Shown: positions 25,118 through 39,516 of the stretch, one piece after another
How positions within the stretch are numbered: the stretch's first letter is position 1
Layout: the number at the start of each line of letters is the position of its first letter
NCBI RefSeq assembly: GCF_964213995.1
Contig: NW_027590186.1
Coordinates: forward strand, 682,001 to 746,000
Source of the DNA: Mustelus asterias
Lineage: Eukaryota
Direction: 5' to 3'
DNA length: 64,000 bases
Notes under the pieces: generated by a model
The model's database searches: none
What the model was told of the DNA's origin: nothing
What the model saw: the letters and a program-made list of their open reading frames with translations, nothing else
Translations under genes and position numbers: made by a program

Positions 25118-27020
25118 GAAATTCAGAGCATGGACTTCGAGACTGAGAAGTGTAATTTGTGCCATTCCTGTTAGAGAGCTGGATCATTCCTCTTAAAATA
25201 TCAAGTACAGGTTGAGAAGTCACACGAAAGTTTTATGGGTTTGTTGCTCGGGGGAGCGGTCTCTGGGCAAGTCATCCAGAGTCCTCGGCACAGTGGTTAG
25301 CTCTGCAGTGCCAGAGGTACGGGTTCGATTCCAGCCTTGGGTGGCTGCCTGTGTTGAGTTTGCACGTTCTCGCCGTGTCTGCGTGGGTTTCATCCGGGTG
25401 CTCTGGTCTCCCTCAGTCCAAGGATGTGCAGATTGGGTAGATTGGCCATGGCAAAATGCACCTTTGTGCCCACAGATGTGCAGGTTAGGTGGATTGACCG
25501 TGGGCAGAGGGGAGGGTCTGGGTTGATTTCTCTTTCGGAGAATCAGTGCAGACTCGATGGGCCGAACGGCCACTTTCTGCAGTGTATGGTTTTTACGATT
25601 CTATTATTATATTCTATGGTGAACACGGGCACAAAACCCATCATGATCAATTGTTCCTCCCTCCCCCTTCAGGGGTGTTGTAACGGCATGACGATGAATC
25701 CAGAAAGCCAGGGCTAAAGCTTTGGACACACATGAGGATTGCATTCCTGCCATGGCAGTTGGAGAAATCTGAATTCAATAAAAGCAACCTGGAATTCAAC
25801 AATCGAACCATGAGTCAATTGTTGTTAAAACCCATCTGGTTCACTGCATGAGACTTCAAGTACAACACCATGGTCAATGCAAGCCACGCGGTTCAATGGT
25901 GATTCGGGATGGGAAATACATTCTGGCCCTGCCGGAAATGCACGTACCGCTGGGTGAAGCAACAAATACGTTGTGTGTGGGAGTCTCTGGCCTGGCTAAC
26001 GTTTATAGCCCATTCCAAATGGCCCTAATCACTGCTGCAGCCAATGTAGTCAAACCAGGCACAGGAGCAGCGTTTCGCTTTGGGTATTGGGAACATTTTT
26101 GGGTTCTTCTCGCTTCCAGGTGACCAGTTAGCTCTTCAATTCGTTATTCCGATCAGGAATTACCTTAACTTGCATTGTTTTTCGTTGTTATATTTTTCGG
26201 CGGGTTGGGGAGGGGGGTGGGGCGGGTGGGGGTGGGGGAGGATGTGAGTGGGGGGACGGCATTATAATGGTTAGACCACCAAAATAAAAGCGTTTCTGAA
26301 TGGAGGGCTGTGACAAGTGGCGTTCCTCAGGGATCAGTGCTGGGATTTTGCTGTTTGTAATATATATAAATGATTTGGAAGAAAATGTAACTGGATTGAT
26401 TAGTAAGTTTGCAGACGAAACAAAGGTTGGTAGATTTGCGGATTGGTAGACCTGCAGATAGCGATGAGGACCATCTGAGGATGCAGCAGGATATAGTTCG
26501 GTTACAGGCTTGGGCGGAGAGATGGCAGATGGAGCTCAATCCGGACAAATGTGAGGTAATGCATTTTGGAAGGTATAATGCAGATAGGAAATATACAGTA
26601 AAGGGCAGAACCCTGAAGAGTATTGATAGCAGAGGGATCAGGTGTAAAGGTCATTGAAAGTGGCAACCCAGGTGGAAAAGGTAGTCAAGAAGGCATACGG
26701 CATGCTTGCCTTCATCAGCCGGGGCATTGAATTTAAAAATTGGCAAGTCATGTTGCAGCTTATAGAACCTTAGTTAGGCCGCACTTGGAATATAGTGTTC
26801 AATTCTGGTCGCTACACTACCAGAAAGATGTGGAGGCTTTGGAGAGGGTACATAAAAGATTTACCGGGATGGTGCCTGGTATGGAGGGCATTAGTTATGA
26901 GGGGAGGTTGGAGAAACTTGCGCTGTTCTCACTGGAACGACGGAGGTTGAGGGGTGACCTGATAAAAATGTGCAAGATTATGAGGGGCATTGACAGAGTG
27001 GGTAGTCAGAAGCTTTTTTC

Positions 27021-30000
27021 AACAAAGAACAAAGAACAATACAGTACAGGAAGAGGCCCTTCGGCCCTCCAAGCCCGCGCCGCTCCCTGGTCCAAACTAG
27101 ACCATTCTTTTGTATCCCTCCATACCCACTCCGTTCATGTGGCTATCGAGATAAGTCTTCAACGTTCCCAGTGTGCCCACCTCCACCACCTTGCCTGGCA
27201 GCGCATTCCAGGCCCCCACCACCCTCTGTGTAAAATATGTCCTTCTGATATCCATGTTAAACCTCCCCCCCGCCTCTCACCTTGAACCTATGACCCCTCG
27301 TGAACGTCACCACCGGCCTGGGAAAAAGCTTCCCACCGTTCACCCTATCTATGTCTTTCATAATTTTATACACCTCTATTAGGTCTCCCCTCATCCTCCG
27401 TCTTTCCAGTGAGAACAACCCCAGTTTACTCAATCTCTCCTCATAACTAAGCCCCTCCAAACCAGGCAACATCCTGGTAAACCTCCTCTGCACTCTCTCT
27501 AAAGCCTCCAAGTCCTTCTGGTAGTGTGGCGACCAGAACTGGATGCAGTATTCCAAATGCGGCCGAACCAACGTTCTATGCATCTGCAACATCAGATCCC
27601 AACCTTTATACTCTATACCCCGTCCTATAAAGGCTAGCATGCCATATGCCTTTTTCACCACCTTCTCCACCTGTGACGTCACCTTCAAGGATCTGTGGAA
27701 TTGCACACCCAGGTCCCTCTGCGTATCTACACCCTTTATGGTTCGGCCATTTATCGCATTGCTCCCCCCTACATTAGCTCTACCAAAATGCATCACTTCG
27801 CATTGATCTGGTTTGAACTCCATCTGCCATTTCTTTGCCCAAATTTCCAGCCGATCTATATCCATCTGTAGTCTCTGACAATGTTCCTCACTATCGCCAG
27901 TTCCAGCCAATTTCGTGTCGTCCGCAAACTTACTGATCACCCCAGTTACATCTTCTTCCAGATCGTTTATGTAAATCACAAACAGCAGAGGTCCCAATAC
28001 AGAGCCCTGCGGAACACCACTCGTCACAGGCCTCCAGCCGGTAAAAGACCCTTCCACTCCCACCCTCTGTCTTCTGTGACCAAGCCAGTTCCTCACCCAT
28101 CTAGCCACCTCCCCCTTTATCCCATGAGATCCAACCTTTTGCACCAGCCTACCATGAGGGACTTTGTCAAACGCTTTACTAATGTCCATAGAGACGACAT
28201 CCACGGCCCTTCCCTCGTCAACCATTCTAGTCACTTCTTCAAAAAACTCCACCAGGTTAGTGAGGCATGACCTCCCTCTCACAAAACCATGCTGACTATC
28301 GTTAATGAGTTTATTCCTTTCTAAATGTGCATACATCCTATCTCTAAGAATTCTCTCCAACAACTTCCCTACCATGGACGTCAAGCTCACCGACCTATAA
28401 TTACCCGGGTTATCTTTCCTACCCTTCTTAAATAACGGGACCACATTAGCTATCCTCCAATCCTCTGGGACCTCACCTGTGTCCAGTGATGAGATAAAGA
28501 TTTGCGTCAGAGGCCCAGCGATTTCATCTCTCGTCTCCCTGAGCAGCCTTGGATAGATTCCATCAGGCCCTGGGGACTTGTCAGTCTTTATATTCTCTAA
28601 CAAACCTAACACTTCCTCCCTTGTAATGGAGATTTTCTCCAATGGTTCAACACTCCCCTCCGAGACACTCCCAGTCAACACATCCCTCTCCTTTGTGAAT
28701 ACCAACGCAAAGTATTCATTTAGGATCTCCCCTACTTCTTTGGGCTCTGAGCATAATTCCCCACTTTTGTCCCTGAGAGGTCTGATTTTTTCCCTGACAC
28801 CCCTTTTGTTCCTAACGTATGAATAAAATGCCTTGGGATTCTCCTTAATCCTGTCTGCCAAGAACATTTCGTGACCCCTTTTTGCCCTTCTAATTCCTCT
28901 TTTGAGTTCTTTCCTACTTTCTTTGTATTCCTCCAGAGCTCCCTCCGTTTTTAACTGCCTGGACCTAACGTACGCCTCCCTTTTCTTTTTGACCAGTCCC
29001 TCAATTTCCCTGTTTATCCATGGTTCTCGAATCCTACCCTTCCTATCCTTCTTTTTTACAGGCACATGCCTGTCCTGCAGCCCTAACAACTGTTCCTTAA
29101 AAGACTCCCACATGCCAGTTGTGGATTTACCCTCAAACAGCCTCTCCCAATCAACAACTGCCAATTTCTGCCTAATCCCACTAAAGTTAGCCTTCCCCCA
29201 ATTCAACACCTTACCCTTGGGACACCACTCATCCTTTTCCATCGCTATCCTAAAGCTAACAGAATTGTGGTCACTATTTGCCACATGTTCCCCTACTGAA
29301 ACTTTGAAGACCTGACCGGGCTCATTCCCCAGTACTAGGTCCAGTATAGCCCCCTCTCTAGTCGGGCTATCTACATATTGTTCCAAAGAACCTTCCAGTA
29401 CGCATTTTACAAATTCCTCCCCATTCAGAGTCCCAGCTCTAAGCGATTTCCATTCTATACCAGGGAAATTGAAGTCTCCCACTGCAACAACCCTATTTTT
29501 TCCTGCACCTATCCAGTATCTCCTGACATATCCGTTCTTCCACTTCCCTTGGGCTGTTGGGGGGCCTGTAGTATATCCCCAACATAGTGACTGCGCCCTT
29601 CCTGTTTCTGAGCTCCACCCACAGTGACTCGTTACTCGACCCCTCTGAATTGTCCTCCCTCTGCACCGCTGTAATATGTTCTCTAACTAATACTGCTACT
29701 CCCCCACCTCTTTTGGCCCCTCCTCTGTCTCGCCTAAAACACTTGTACCCCGGAATATTCAGCTGCCAGTCCTGTCTCTCTTTCAACCAAGTCTCTGTCA
29801 CCGCAACTACATCCACATTCTTCGTAAGCATTAAGGCCCTAAGTTCGTCTGTCTTACCTGCTACGCTCCTTGCTTTGAAGTAGATGCACTCCAGACCTCC
29901 AGGCCCAGTGAGTTCATCCTCCCCCAGAGTGCTCTTCTTCTTTGCCAGCCTTGTCCTGGCCCCAAGCTCGTCCCCAGCCTCTACACTTGTAGACCTAATT

Positions 30001-30708
30001 TTTTGGTCCCCACCCCCCTGCCATATTAGTTTAAACCCACCCGAACTGCACGAGCAAAACTCCCAGCCAGGATATTCGTGCCCTTCCAATTTAATTGTGA
30101 CCCATCCTTCTTGTACAGGTGCCATCCTCTCTTGAAAACTTCCCAATGATCCAGGAAAATGAAGCCCTCCCTCCTGGACCAGTCCTTTAGCCAAGCGTTC
30201 AATTGTATTAACTCCCTATTCCTAGCCTCACTGGCACGAGACATTGGGAGCAGCCCAGCTATTGCCACCCTGGAGGCCCTACCTTTTCGCTTATTTCCCA
30301 ACTCCCTGAATTGCTCTCGTACGATCCCCCTGCTCTTCCTATCTACGTCATTTGCACCAATGTGTACAACGACATCCGTTTCTTTATCTTCCCCTTTTAA
30401 TATGCCTCCTATCCGCTCGGAGACATCCAGTACCCCAACACCAGGTAGGCAGACTACCATCCTGGAGTCCCGTTCGCACCCACAGAATCGCCTGTCCATG
30501 CCTCGAACCGACGCATCCCCCACCACTATTGCTCTCCGAATTCCTCTCTTTCCTTTCCGGGCCACAGAACCTGATTCTGTGCCAGTGACCTGGTCACTGT
30601 GGCTTACTCCTGGAGAGTCATCCTCCTCCACACTATCCAAAGCAATATACTTGTTTTGGAGGGGGACAACCACAGGTGACCCCTCCATTAATTGCTCACT
30701 AAGAGCCA
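27021..30708 (-). mobile_element. Near-complete CR1 LINE: ORF1 C-terminus (SGNH-like), APE endonuclease, RT
   Basis: ORFs 30026-30709 (IVVGD.., VVHIGAND), 29493-30194 (AVTETWL, YYRPPN) and 27257-29482 (GDFN, SDHN, FADD); abuts a + strand CR1 at 26265-27020. Confidence 0.95.
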
Positions 30709-30899
30709 AGCCTTTCCTGCTATGAGAGACTTTAAAAAATAAATTGGCTCCAATTGGCGGGATCTGCCATGGGGAGTTGGTATCCTCATGATGGGCTCAG
30801 TGGCCTCCATTTGTGCTGCGCGACTACAAGAGCTCTCTGTCAACCAAACCAAATGCATGTCTTGCCATCGCTTTAACAAAGAAGCAGAAGACACCCTTC

Positions 30900-31671
30900 A
30901 TTAAAGACTGCAAATTTATTCAATATTATAAGCGATGCATATGAAAAAATAACAAGGTGACAGATATGCACAAAGGTGTGATTAACGAACCAGAAGAGCA
31001 TAAGACGGAGGAGTAGAAGTAGACCATTCGGCCCACAGGAGCTGCTTCGCCTTTCAATGAAATCATGGTTGGTTTGATATTATCCTCAACTCCACTTTAC
31101 CACCTTAGCCCCATAACTCTCGCTTCCCCTGACTAACCGGATGATCTTAAATGTGTACGAATGTCCCATCTGTAAAATAACTTGAGAGCAATAACCTGAT
31201 TTTAGGCTAAGCTCATGGCGAGATGTTCAAAAACTCTTGTTCATCTTACTAGTGAAATGCCGTGTCATGATAAAGCTCTGCACGGTGGCAAGTGGTTGCT
31301 CGATTATCTCTAAGGGTCCAGATGTACAGGCTGGGGTTTGGTGCCTCCGTGGCACTGGGAGGAAAATCTGGAGTCCAAGATTAAGTACAGGAGAAAGAAT
31401 ATCACCTTGGCAACAATCTAAAAGTTTGATGAAAATCCGATCAGACCCTTGCTGATTTAATGTATCTTACGCTCTTAAATTGCATGCATTAAAATGCAAT
31501 GTTTAAAATAACTACCAGAGTAAAACAACCAAAAGGAACATGTGACGTGCCATTACCTAGATTGCCCTGTAAAAGGGCTGCCATTGTCACTATGGGCTGA
31601 TTGGCTGCTTTCTCTGGAATAGGATTCTACTATTCTAAGCAAAGAATATAAAAATCGAAGTTCTATACGTC
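30900..31671 (-). other. Probable non-coding terminal (3' UTR) exon of TRDC
   Basis: The TM exon ends TGA-G|gtaagg, so a UTR exon is expected. Best acceptor is cattttcaattttag| before 31671; AATAAA on the minus strand at 30920-30915. Boundaries are inferred. Confidence 0.4.
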
Positions 31672-32541
31672 CTAAAATTGAAAATGCTGTTTTCAAAAAT
31701 GTCTCCGACACTAATGCAGGCAGAAACCATATAAATGTTAGCTCCACGCTGTTGCTGAAATGCATAATTGAAATGTTTATGTAGCATAAGCAGTAGAATT
31801 CACGCAGAACCGCGAGTTTCAAATCAAAATAACAGTGGAAAAAAGTTACCGAAATGAGGGTCTTTTAAAGTTAAGTCGCCATTTAAAACAAGCGAGATTG
31901 AATTGCTTGAAGCGGAACTTCTGATCAGGAAGCCTCTGGATTTTGATGCCCCAGTCAATGAGTTCACACCTGAATCTATTTCATCGTCCAATGCAGTTCT
32001 GTTTGGAATGGAAGGAGCAACAGTAGTAGCACATCAAAGAGTCAGCAAGCAAAGAACACTTTGTATCTTTAGGGTCTCCATTAACATTCTCCAATAATAT
32101 TCTCAGAAGCCACTGCAATTGCACAAGAACCCCGACAGTGCAGAAGGATGCGATTTGGTCCATAGAGTCTGCACCGACTCTCCGAAAGAGCCACACAGCT
32201 CAAGACCAAGGGATGGGCGTAAAACGTTAGGCTAGTCAGTGACACCCATAATTAAACAAAAATCTGCAGAGGTTTAAGAAGTCAAGGCTGCGATTGGGAG
32301 CGGGGATTGGCAGGTGGGGGCAGGGGGGGGGGAGGTGGTGCGGTGGCAAGGGAGGGATGAAAAGCGATGAGGATGGGGCACTGGAGTAAGAGTTCGTTTG
32401 TCTAAATGCATCCAAGTTTATGCTCACTCCACGGGTTAGTTTCAGCGTCTGCCTTAACAGTGGCCTCGCGAGATCCCGTCAATGGTCATTGTTCATCACA
32501 GTTTGTCTTTCTTGGCATGCATTCAGGTGACCGACCTTACC

Positions 32542-32651
32542 TCAAAATAGCCACACCCTGGCCGTCATCATGACATTGAAGACAATGCTCTTGAAAAACA
32601 AAATTCTTAGCCCCATCACCGTCAAAGACAGAAAGTTCACCCTCAGTCGAT
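32542..32651 (-). CDS. TRDC: TCR delta constant, transmembrane exon: (D)RLRVNFLSLTVMGLRILFFKSIVFNVMMTARVWLF*
   Basis: Acceptor ttggcag; conserved alpha/delta TM Arg and Lys (GLRILFFKS) and N..MTAR; delta-type ending with almost no cytoplasmic tail; donor gtaagg one base after the stop. Confidence 0.95.
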
Positions 32652-33090
32652 CTGCCAAATAAGAGAAACAAATGATAGATCTGGTTTAATGGATATATGA
32701 TTTTGAATTGAAAAACAACTGTATACCTCTAATGTGATATTTTTTCCATTATCTAACAGCTTGGCTTTCGTCCGTCTGTCCATCCCTGTCCTTCCGTCCG
32801 TCTGTCCATCTCTGTCTGTCCGTCCGCCCGTCTGCCTGCCTGTCTATCTATCTTCACCTCTCTTTCACTCTGAATTTCTCTCTCTCTCTCCCCGCCTCTC
32901 CTCCTCTCTCGCTTTCCCCCTCGATTTATATATCTCTCTCCCTCACTCTGTGTGACAATCTATATTTCTCCCCATCTCACTATATGTCTATCATTCGATC
33001 TCCGGGTCTGTATCCGTGCCTATTTGTCCACTTATCAATCTGTCTATTTGCAAGTATTTTACTTTGATAAATGTTGAATAAAGCACATAC

Positions 33091-33153
33091 CGTTTTCCGT
33101 GTCAGTTGATTCTGTCAAGGGATCATTTCGACCTGTAGGGCATTTAGGTTTAC
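33091..33153 (-). CDS. TRDC: TCR delta constant, connecting-peptide exon: (G)KPKCPTGRNDPLTESTDTEN
   Basis: Acceptor ttgcccttccag, donor gtatgt, phase 1/1, 63 nt; carries the inter-chain Cys and joins both neighbouring exons in frame. Confidence 0.9.
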
Positions 33154-34069
33154 CTGGAAGGGCAAAAAAGACATTTGACTTATTAAGCAAGCAAGTGACA
33201 TTACTGTAACCATGTTTGTTCTCAATGTCATTTTGAATAATGTTGTTGTCATAACCAAAAGCCACGAAGAAAGTAAGAATCAAACAGCACGATTGGACTT
33301 GTTCACTTGATTATTCACAACGGAGAAACATTGGTAGCTCTGCCGTTTAGTTCGGCCCAGATCTGAGTTCAAAGAGTGCAGGATCGATTCCCCATCAGGG
33401 ATTAAAACCCAGGATCCAGGGCCGTTCCATCAGTGCAGTATTTCACTGTCTTCCGAAAAAGTCGTGAAACGGAGGCCTGATTTGAGCTCTGCAGTGGATT
33501 AAATGATATCAGGGCATTTCTCCAGAGGAGCGGGGTTCTCCAGTACCCTGGTTAGTATTTAATACTTCCCTAAACTCGGTGATGCACCAGTAGCTGCGGC
33601 TCCTGGACACTGCCCTGAATTATAATAGTTAGCTCTTATTATTTTTATTCATTTACGGAATGTGGACATCGCTGGCAGGTCAGCATTTATTGCCAATCCC
33701 TAATTGCCCCATTCAGAAGGTGGTTGTGAGTCTCCTGCTTGAACCTCTGCAGTCTGTCAGGTGTACGTACACACACAGTGCTGTTAGGGAAGAAGTTCCA
33801 CCATTTTGACGCAGCGACAGTGAAGGAAATGCCGAAACATTTCCAAGTCAGGATGCTGAGTGACATGGAGGGTAACGTCCAGATGATGGTGTTCCCAGGT
33901 ATCTGCTGCCCTTGTCCTCCGAGATGATAACGGTCGTGAGTTTGGAAGATTCAGCGGAAGGAGACTTGGAGAGTTACTGCTGTGTATATTGTGGATGGCA
34001 CACACTGCTGCCACTGTGCATCGGTGGTGGAAGAAGTGGATGTTTGTGAATGGAGTACTTAATGCTAGA

Positions 34070-35077
34070 ACGGCACAGTGGCACAGTGGTTAGTACTGCT
34101 GCAACCCCCCTCACCCCCTCCCCGCCCGCCGCCACTCCCCCACCCCACCCCCCCACCTCCCCGCCCACAGCGTCAGGGACCTGTGTTCGATTCCCGGCTT
34201 GGGTGATTGTCTGTGCAGAGTCTGCACGTTTTCCCCGTGTCAGCGTGGGTTTGATCCGGGTGCTCCGGTTTCCTCCCACAGTCCGAAAGACGTGCTGATT
34301 AGATGCATTGGCCGTGCTAAATTCCCCCTCAGTGTACCCGAACAGGCACAGAGTGTGGCGACTATGGGATTTTCACAATAACTTCATTGCAGTTTTAATG
34401 TAAGCCTACTTGTGACACTAATAAACAAACTGTTAATCAAGCGGAGCTGCTTTGTCCTGGGTCGTGTCAAATTTCTGAGTGTTGTTGGAGCTGCATTCAT
34501 CGAGGCAAGTTGCGAATACACTACCACAGTCATGATTATGTCTTGTGGATGGTGCAGAGAATTTGGGGGATGAGGAGATACGTTACTCACCACAGGATTC
34601 CCAATCTCCGACATTCTCTTGCAGCCACAGCACTTATATGGATAGTCCAGTTCAGTTTCTGAGCAACGTTAACCATCAGGATGTTGATAGTGGGGGTTGA
34701 CCTGATAGAAGTCTACAGGATTATGAGAGGCATGGACAGAGTGGATAGTCAGAAGCTTTTTCCCAGGGTGGAAGAGTCAATTACTCGGGGGCATAGGTTT
34801 AAGGTGCGAGGGGCGAGGTTTACAGGAGACGTACAAGGCAGATTTGTTACACAGAAGGTGGTGCGTGCCTGGAACTCGCTGCCGGGTGAGGTAGTGGAAG
34901 GAGATACGATCGTGAGTTTTAAGGGACACCTGGACAAATACATGAATAAGATGGGAATAGAGCGATATGGTCCCCGGAAGGGAAAGGGGTTTTAGTTAAG
35001 TCGGGCAGCATAGTCGGTGCAGGCTTGGAGGGCCGAAGGGCCTGTTCCTGTGCTGTAATTTTCTTTGTTCTTTGTTC
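34070..35077 (+). mobile_element. SINE (34070-34431) and CR1 3' fragment (34695-35077) in a TRDC intron
   Basis: V-SINE core; DLIEVYRIMRG..TRGH motif. Confidence 0.8.
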
Positions 35078-35871
35078 ATTGTTTCAGTCATGGTAATGCC
35101 ATTACATGTCAAGAGCCGGTTGTTAGCTTCTTTCCTGTTGGAGTTGGTCATTGCCTGGAACATGTGTGGCGCAAATGTTACTTGCAGCTTGTCAGTCAAA
35201 GCCTAGGTATTGTCCAGCTATTGGTGCATTTGTAATGCACTACTTCAAGATCTGAGGTGTCATGAATGGTGCTGAAAATTGTTCAGTCATCAGCGAACAT
35301 CCCAACTTCTGACCTTACAATGGATTGAAGGTGATTGATGAAGCAAATGAAGCTGGTTAGGCCTGAGACACTGAGGAACTCCTGCAGTGAAATCCCCAGA
35401 CTAGGATAATTGACAGTCAATCATTAGTCAGCTAACCTTTCAAGAAGACTACACTTTGAGTGACGATGACACCGAGAGTCCTTCGGTCGTTAAGAGGATG
35501 GATAATATTTAGTGCAAGTTCTTCCTGTCATAAAACATTCTCAGAGGAGGCAGTGGCGCAGTGGCATTGTCACTGGACTGGTAATCCAACGACCCAGAAT
35601 GCTGACCTGGGGATGGCAGCTGCGAAATTTGAACATTTTTTAAAAAATTGGAATTAAAAGTTTCATGATGACCCTGAAACCATTGTCGATTATCGTTAAA
35701 ACTCACTGGTTCACTAACTTCCTTTAGCGAACGAAATCTGCCGTCCTTACATGGTCTGGCCGGCAAGTGACTCTTAAATGTCCTCTGCTGAAGGGCAATT
35801 TAGGACGGGCAATAAATGTTGGCCAAGCCAACGACACCCACATCACGTGAACGAAAATAAAATAAACTTAC

Positions 35872-36183
35872 CAATTTCAGCTGTGGGCGGGATGTTTACT
35901 GAGTAATTTCGATTATCGTGAAATGCCTTGCACGTGATGTTTGGCGATTCCTCGGATTGGGTGAAAGAGAGAAAACCCGAGCTCCTGTAATTCCCGCCCT
36001 CCAATAGGACACTGGGTCTTGTCACATTGACCTCCTGGCCCGATCCCGTGTACAGGGAGAGCTTGATTGTCTTGGGCGAGAAGTCCGAGGCCAAGCAAAC
36101 TGCAGCTGTGTCGATGCCGGTGGCTCCCCGTGGCACTGGCGGGTAAAAGACGCTCAATTTTGGTTCTACCAGGCCTTTCGCCT
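35872..36183 (-). CDS. TRDC: TCR delta constant, Ig C-domain exon: (K)AKGLVEPKLSVFYPP...AAVCLASDFSPK...ITCKAFH...TAEI
   Basis: Acceptor tttcag, donor gtaagt, 312 nt. C1-set domain with two Cys and no Trp; N-glycan sequons NVT, NIT, NYS. The upstream D and the TM type support delta over alpha or beta. Confidence 0.93.
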
Positions 36184-36394
36184 CTGAAAATTTAATAAAT
36201 AAAAGGAAATAATCAGAATCCAACAGAGTGACCTCCTCAAACCTGCTGAGCCATTCGATTAGACCCGCATTTTTTCTGTGTCTTAACCCTATGTGAGTTT
36301 CTCCATGAATTTACCGAATGCTGAGACTGGATAATTAGGGCTTTTTCGCTTGGCACAGAGAAGGCTGAGGAGTGACGCCTCTCTTTCTCTCTCC

Positions 36395-36436
<42 letters not shown>

Positions 36437-36586
36437 TTCACACACTCACATGCACACGCACACATGCCCAGGCATATAAGCAGATAGACGGACATGCATA
36501 GACACATATGCACACAAACGCACACACACATACACACACACGCGCGCGCACACATATACATACACACACACACACACACACGGGTG

Positions 36587-39005
36587 AACATAGAAACATA
36601 GGTCAGTACAGCACAGAACAGGCCCTTCGGCCCGCGATGTTGTGCCGAGCTTTATCTGAAACCAAGATCAAGCTATCCCACTCCCTATCATCCTGGTGTG
36701 CTCCATGTGCCTATCCAATAACCGCTTAAATGTTCCTAAAGTGTCTGACTCCACTATCACTGCAGGCAGTCCATTCCACACCCCAACCACTCTCTGCGTA
36801 AAGAACCTACCTCTGATATCCTTCCTATATCTCCCACCACGAACCCTATAGTTATGCCCCCTTGTAATAGCTCCATCCACCCGAGAAAATAGTCTTTGAA
36901 CGTTCACTCTATCTATCCCCTTCATCATTTTATAAACCTCTATTAAGTCTCCCCTCAGCCTCCTCCGCTCCAGAGAGAACAGCCCTAGCTCCCTCAACCT
37001 TTCCTCATAAGACCTACCCTCCAAACCAGGCAGCATCCTGGTAAATCTCCTCTGCACTCTTTCCAGCGCTTCCACATCCTTCTTATAGTGAGGTGACCAG
37101 AACTGCACACAATATTCCAAATGTGGTCTCACCAAGGTCCTGTACAGTTGCAGCATAACCCCACGGCTCTTAAACTCCACACACTATAGGCCTTCTTCAC
37201 AGCTCTATCCACTTGAGTGGCAACCTTTAGAGATCTGTGGATATGGACCCCAAGATCTCTCTGTTCCTCCACAGTCTTCAGAACCGTACCTTTGACCCCG
37301 TAATCCACATTTAAATTAGTCCTACCAAAATGAATCACCTCACATTTATCAGGGGAGATCCTAAATGAATATTTCTCATCAGTCTTTACTGTTGAGAAAA
37401 GCATGTTTGTTAGGGAACTTGGGGAAATAAATAGTGATGTCTTAAGGAGTGTACATATAACAGAGAAAGAGGTGCTGGAAGTCTTAAAGCGCATTGAGGT
37501 AGATAAATCCCCGGGAACTGATGAAGTGTATCCCAGGATATTGTGGGAGGCTAGGGAGGAATTTGCGGGTTCCCGAGCAGAGATATTTAAATCATTGTTA
37601 GTCATAGGTGAGGTGCCTGAAGATTGGAGGGTGGCAAATGTTGTGCCTTTGTTTAAAAAGGGCTGCAGGGAAAAGCCTGGGAACTACAGGCCAGTGAGTC
37701 TCACATCTGTGGTGGGTAAGTTGTTGGAAGGTATTTTGAGAGACAGGATCTACAGGCATTTAGAAATGCAAGGACTGATTCGGGACAGTCAGCATGGCCT
37801 TGTGAGTTTGAGTTTTTGAAGGGATAGCCAAGAAGGCAGTTGATGTTGTCTCCATGGAAGTTGGCAAGGCCTTTGACAAGTTTCCTCATGGTAGGTTGAT
37901 TGTAAGGTTAAATCTCACAGGATCCAGCGTGAGGAAGCCAAATGGATACAAAATTGGCTTGATCACAGAAGCCAGAGGGTGGTTGTAGATGTTGTTTTTC
38001 AAACTGGAGGCCTGTGACCAGCGGAGTGCCTCAGGGATCAGTGTTGGGTCCAATGTTATTTGTCATCTATATTAATGATTTGGATGAAAATATAGGAGGC
38101 ATGGTTGGTAAGTTTGCAGGTGACACCAAGATTTGTGGCATAGTGGACAGTGCGGAAGGTTATTTCGGTTTGCAATGGGATCTTGATCAATTGGGCCAGT
38201 GGGCTGACGAGTGGCAGACAGAGTTTTATTCAGACAAATGCGAGGTGAGGCATTTTGGTAGATTGAACCAGGGCAGGACTCACTCAGTTAATGGTAGGGC
38301 GTTGGGGAGACATACAGAACAAAGAGATCTAGGGGTGCACGTTCATAGCTCCTTGAAAGTGGTGTCACAGGTGGACAGATTGGTGAAGACGGCATTCAGC
38401 ATGCTTGATTTCAATGGATATCGGAGTTGGGACGTCTTGTTGAAGTTGTACAAGACATTGTTAAGGCCACACTTTGAATACTGTGTACAGTTCTGATCAC
38501 CCTATTATACAAATGATATGATTAAACTAGAAAGAGTGCAGAAAAGATTTTCCAGGATGCTACTGGGACTTGATGGTTTGAGTTATAAGGAGAGGCTGGA
38601 TAGACTGGGACTTTTTTCTCTGAGGGGGCTGAGAGGTGATCTCATAGAGGTCTATAAAATAATGAGGGGCATAGATCAGTCAGATAGTCAAAGGTAGGGG
38701 AGTCTGCAACTAGAGGGCATAGGTTTAAGGTGAGAGGGAGAGATACAAAAGTGTCCACAGGGGCATTTCTTTCACACAGAGGGTGGTGAGTGTCCGGAAC
38801 AAGCTGCCAGAGGTAGTAGTAGAGGCAGGTACAATTTTGTCTTTTAAAAAGCATTTGGACAGTTACATGGGTACGATGGGTTTAGAGGGATATGGGCCAA
38901 ATGCAGGCAATTGGGGCGAGCTTAGGGTTTATGAAAAAGGCGCCATGAAAAAGTTGGGCCAAAGGGCCTGTTTCCAAGTTGTAAACCTCTATGATTCTAT
39001 GACGC
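36587..39005. mobile_element. Young CR1 (-, 36587-37352) head-to-head with an older CR1 (+, 37353-39005), within CA repeats
   Basis: ORF 36668-37180 is nearly identical to 5598-6344; ORFs 37403-37819 and 38014-38496. Confidence 0.92.
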
Positions 39006-39049
39006 TATGACACACACATGCATCTGGAAGCATGCATACCCCCGCCCCG

Positions 39050-39080
<31 letters not shown>

Positions 39081-39129
39081 ACTGAGACATTGAGAGACAC
39101 ACACACCCAGCACCACACACAAACACAGA

Positions 39130-39485
39130 GAGACTGGATTTGGGGACCAAATAAAATATTTCCAATCTTGCTGATGAGCACAACTAATGGTGAGGAGGAT
39201 ACAAGGAGGACTTGAAGGGAATTGGGATAGGCTGAGTAAATGGGCAAGAACATGGCAGATGAAATAAAACTGAATATGTGTGAAGTTATCCATTCTGGCA
39301 GAAAGAAAAGACATCAGAAAGGCAGAGTATTTCCTAAACAGTGCGAGATTGGACAGGGTTGTTGCCAGAGAGAGCTGGATGTCCTTGTTCATGGGTCAGT
39401 AAAAATTAGCATGTAGGCACAGCAAGACATGTGGAAGGCAAATGCTACATATTTGTGGAATCAAATAGGAGCGCGAGAGCGCGAG

Positions 39486-39516
<31 letters not shown>

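Noticed and set aside
35843-36223. Constant region as TCR alpha, beta or Ig
   Set aside because: The 12/23 D lacks the GGGACAGGGGG beta consensus; the C domain has two Cys and no Trp; the TM has both Arg and Lys and almost no tail. All fit delta.
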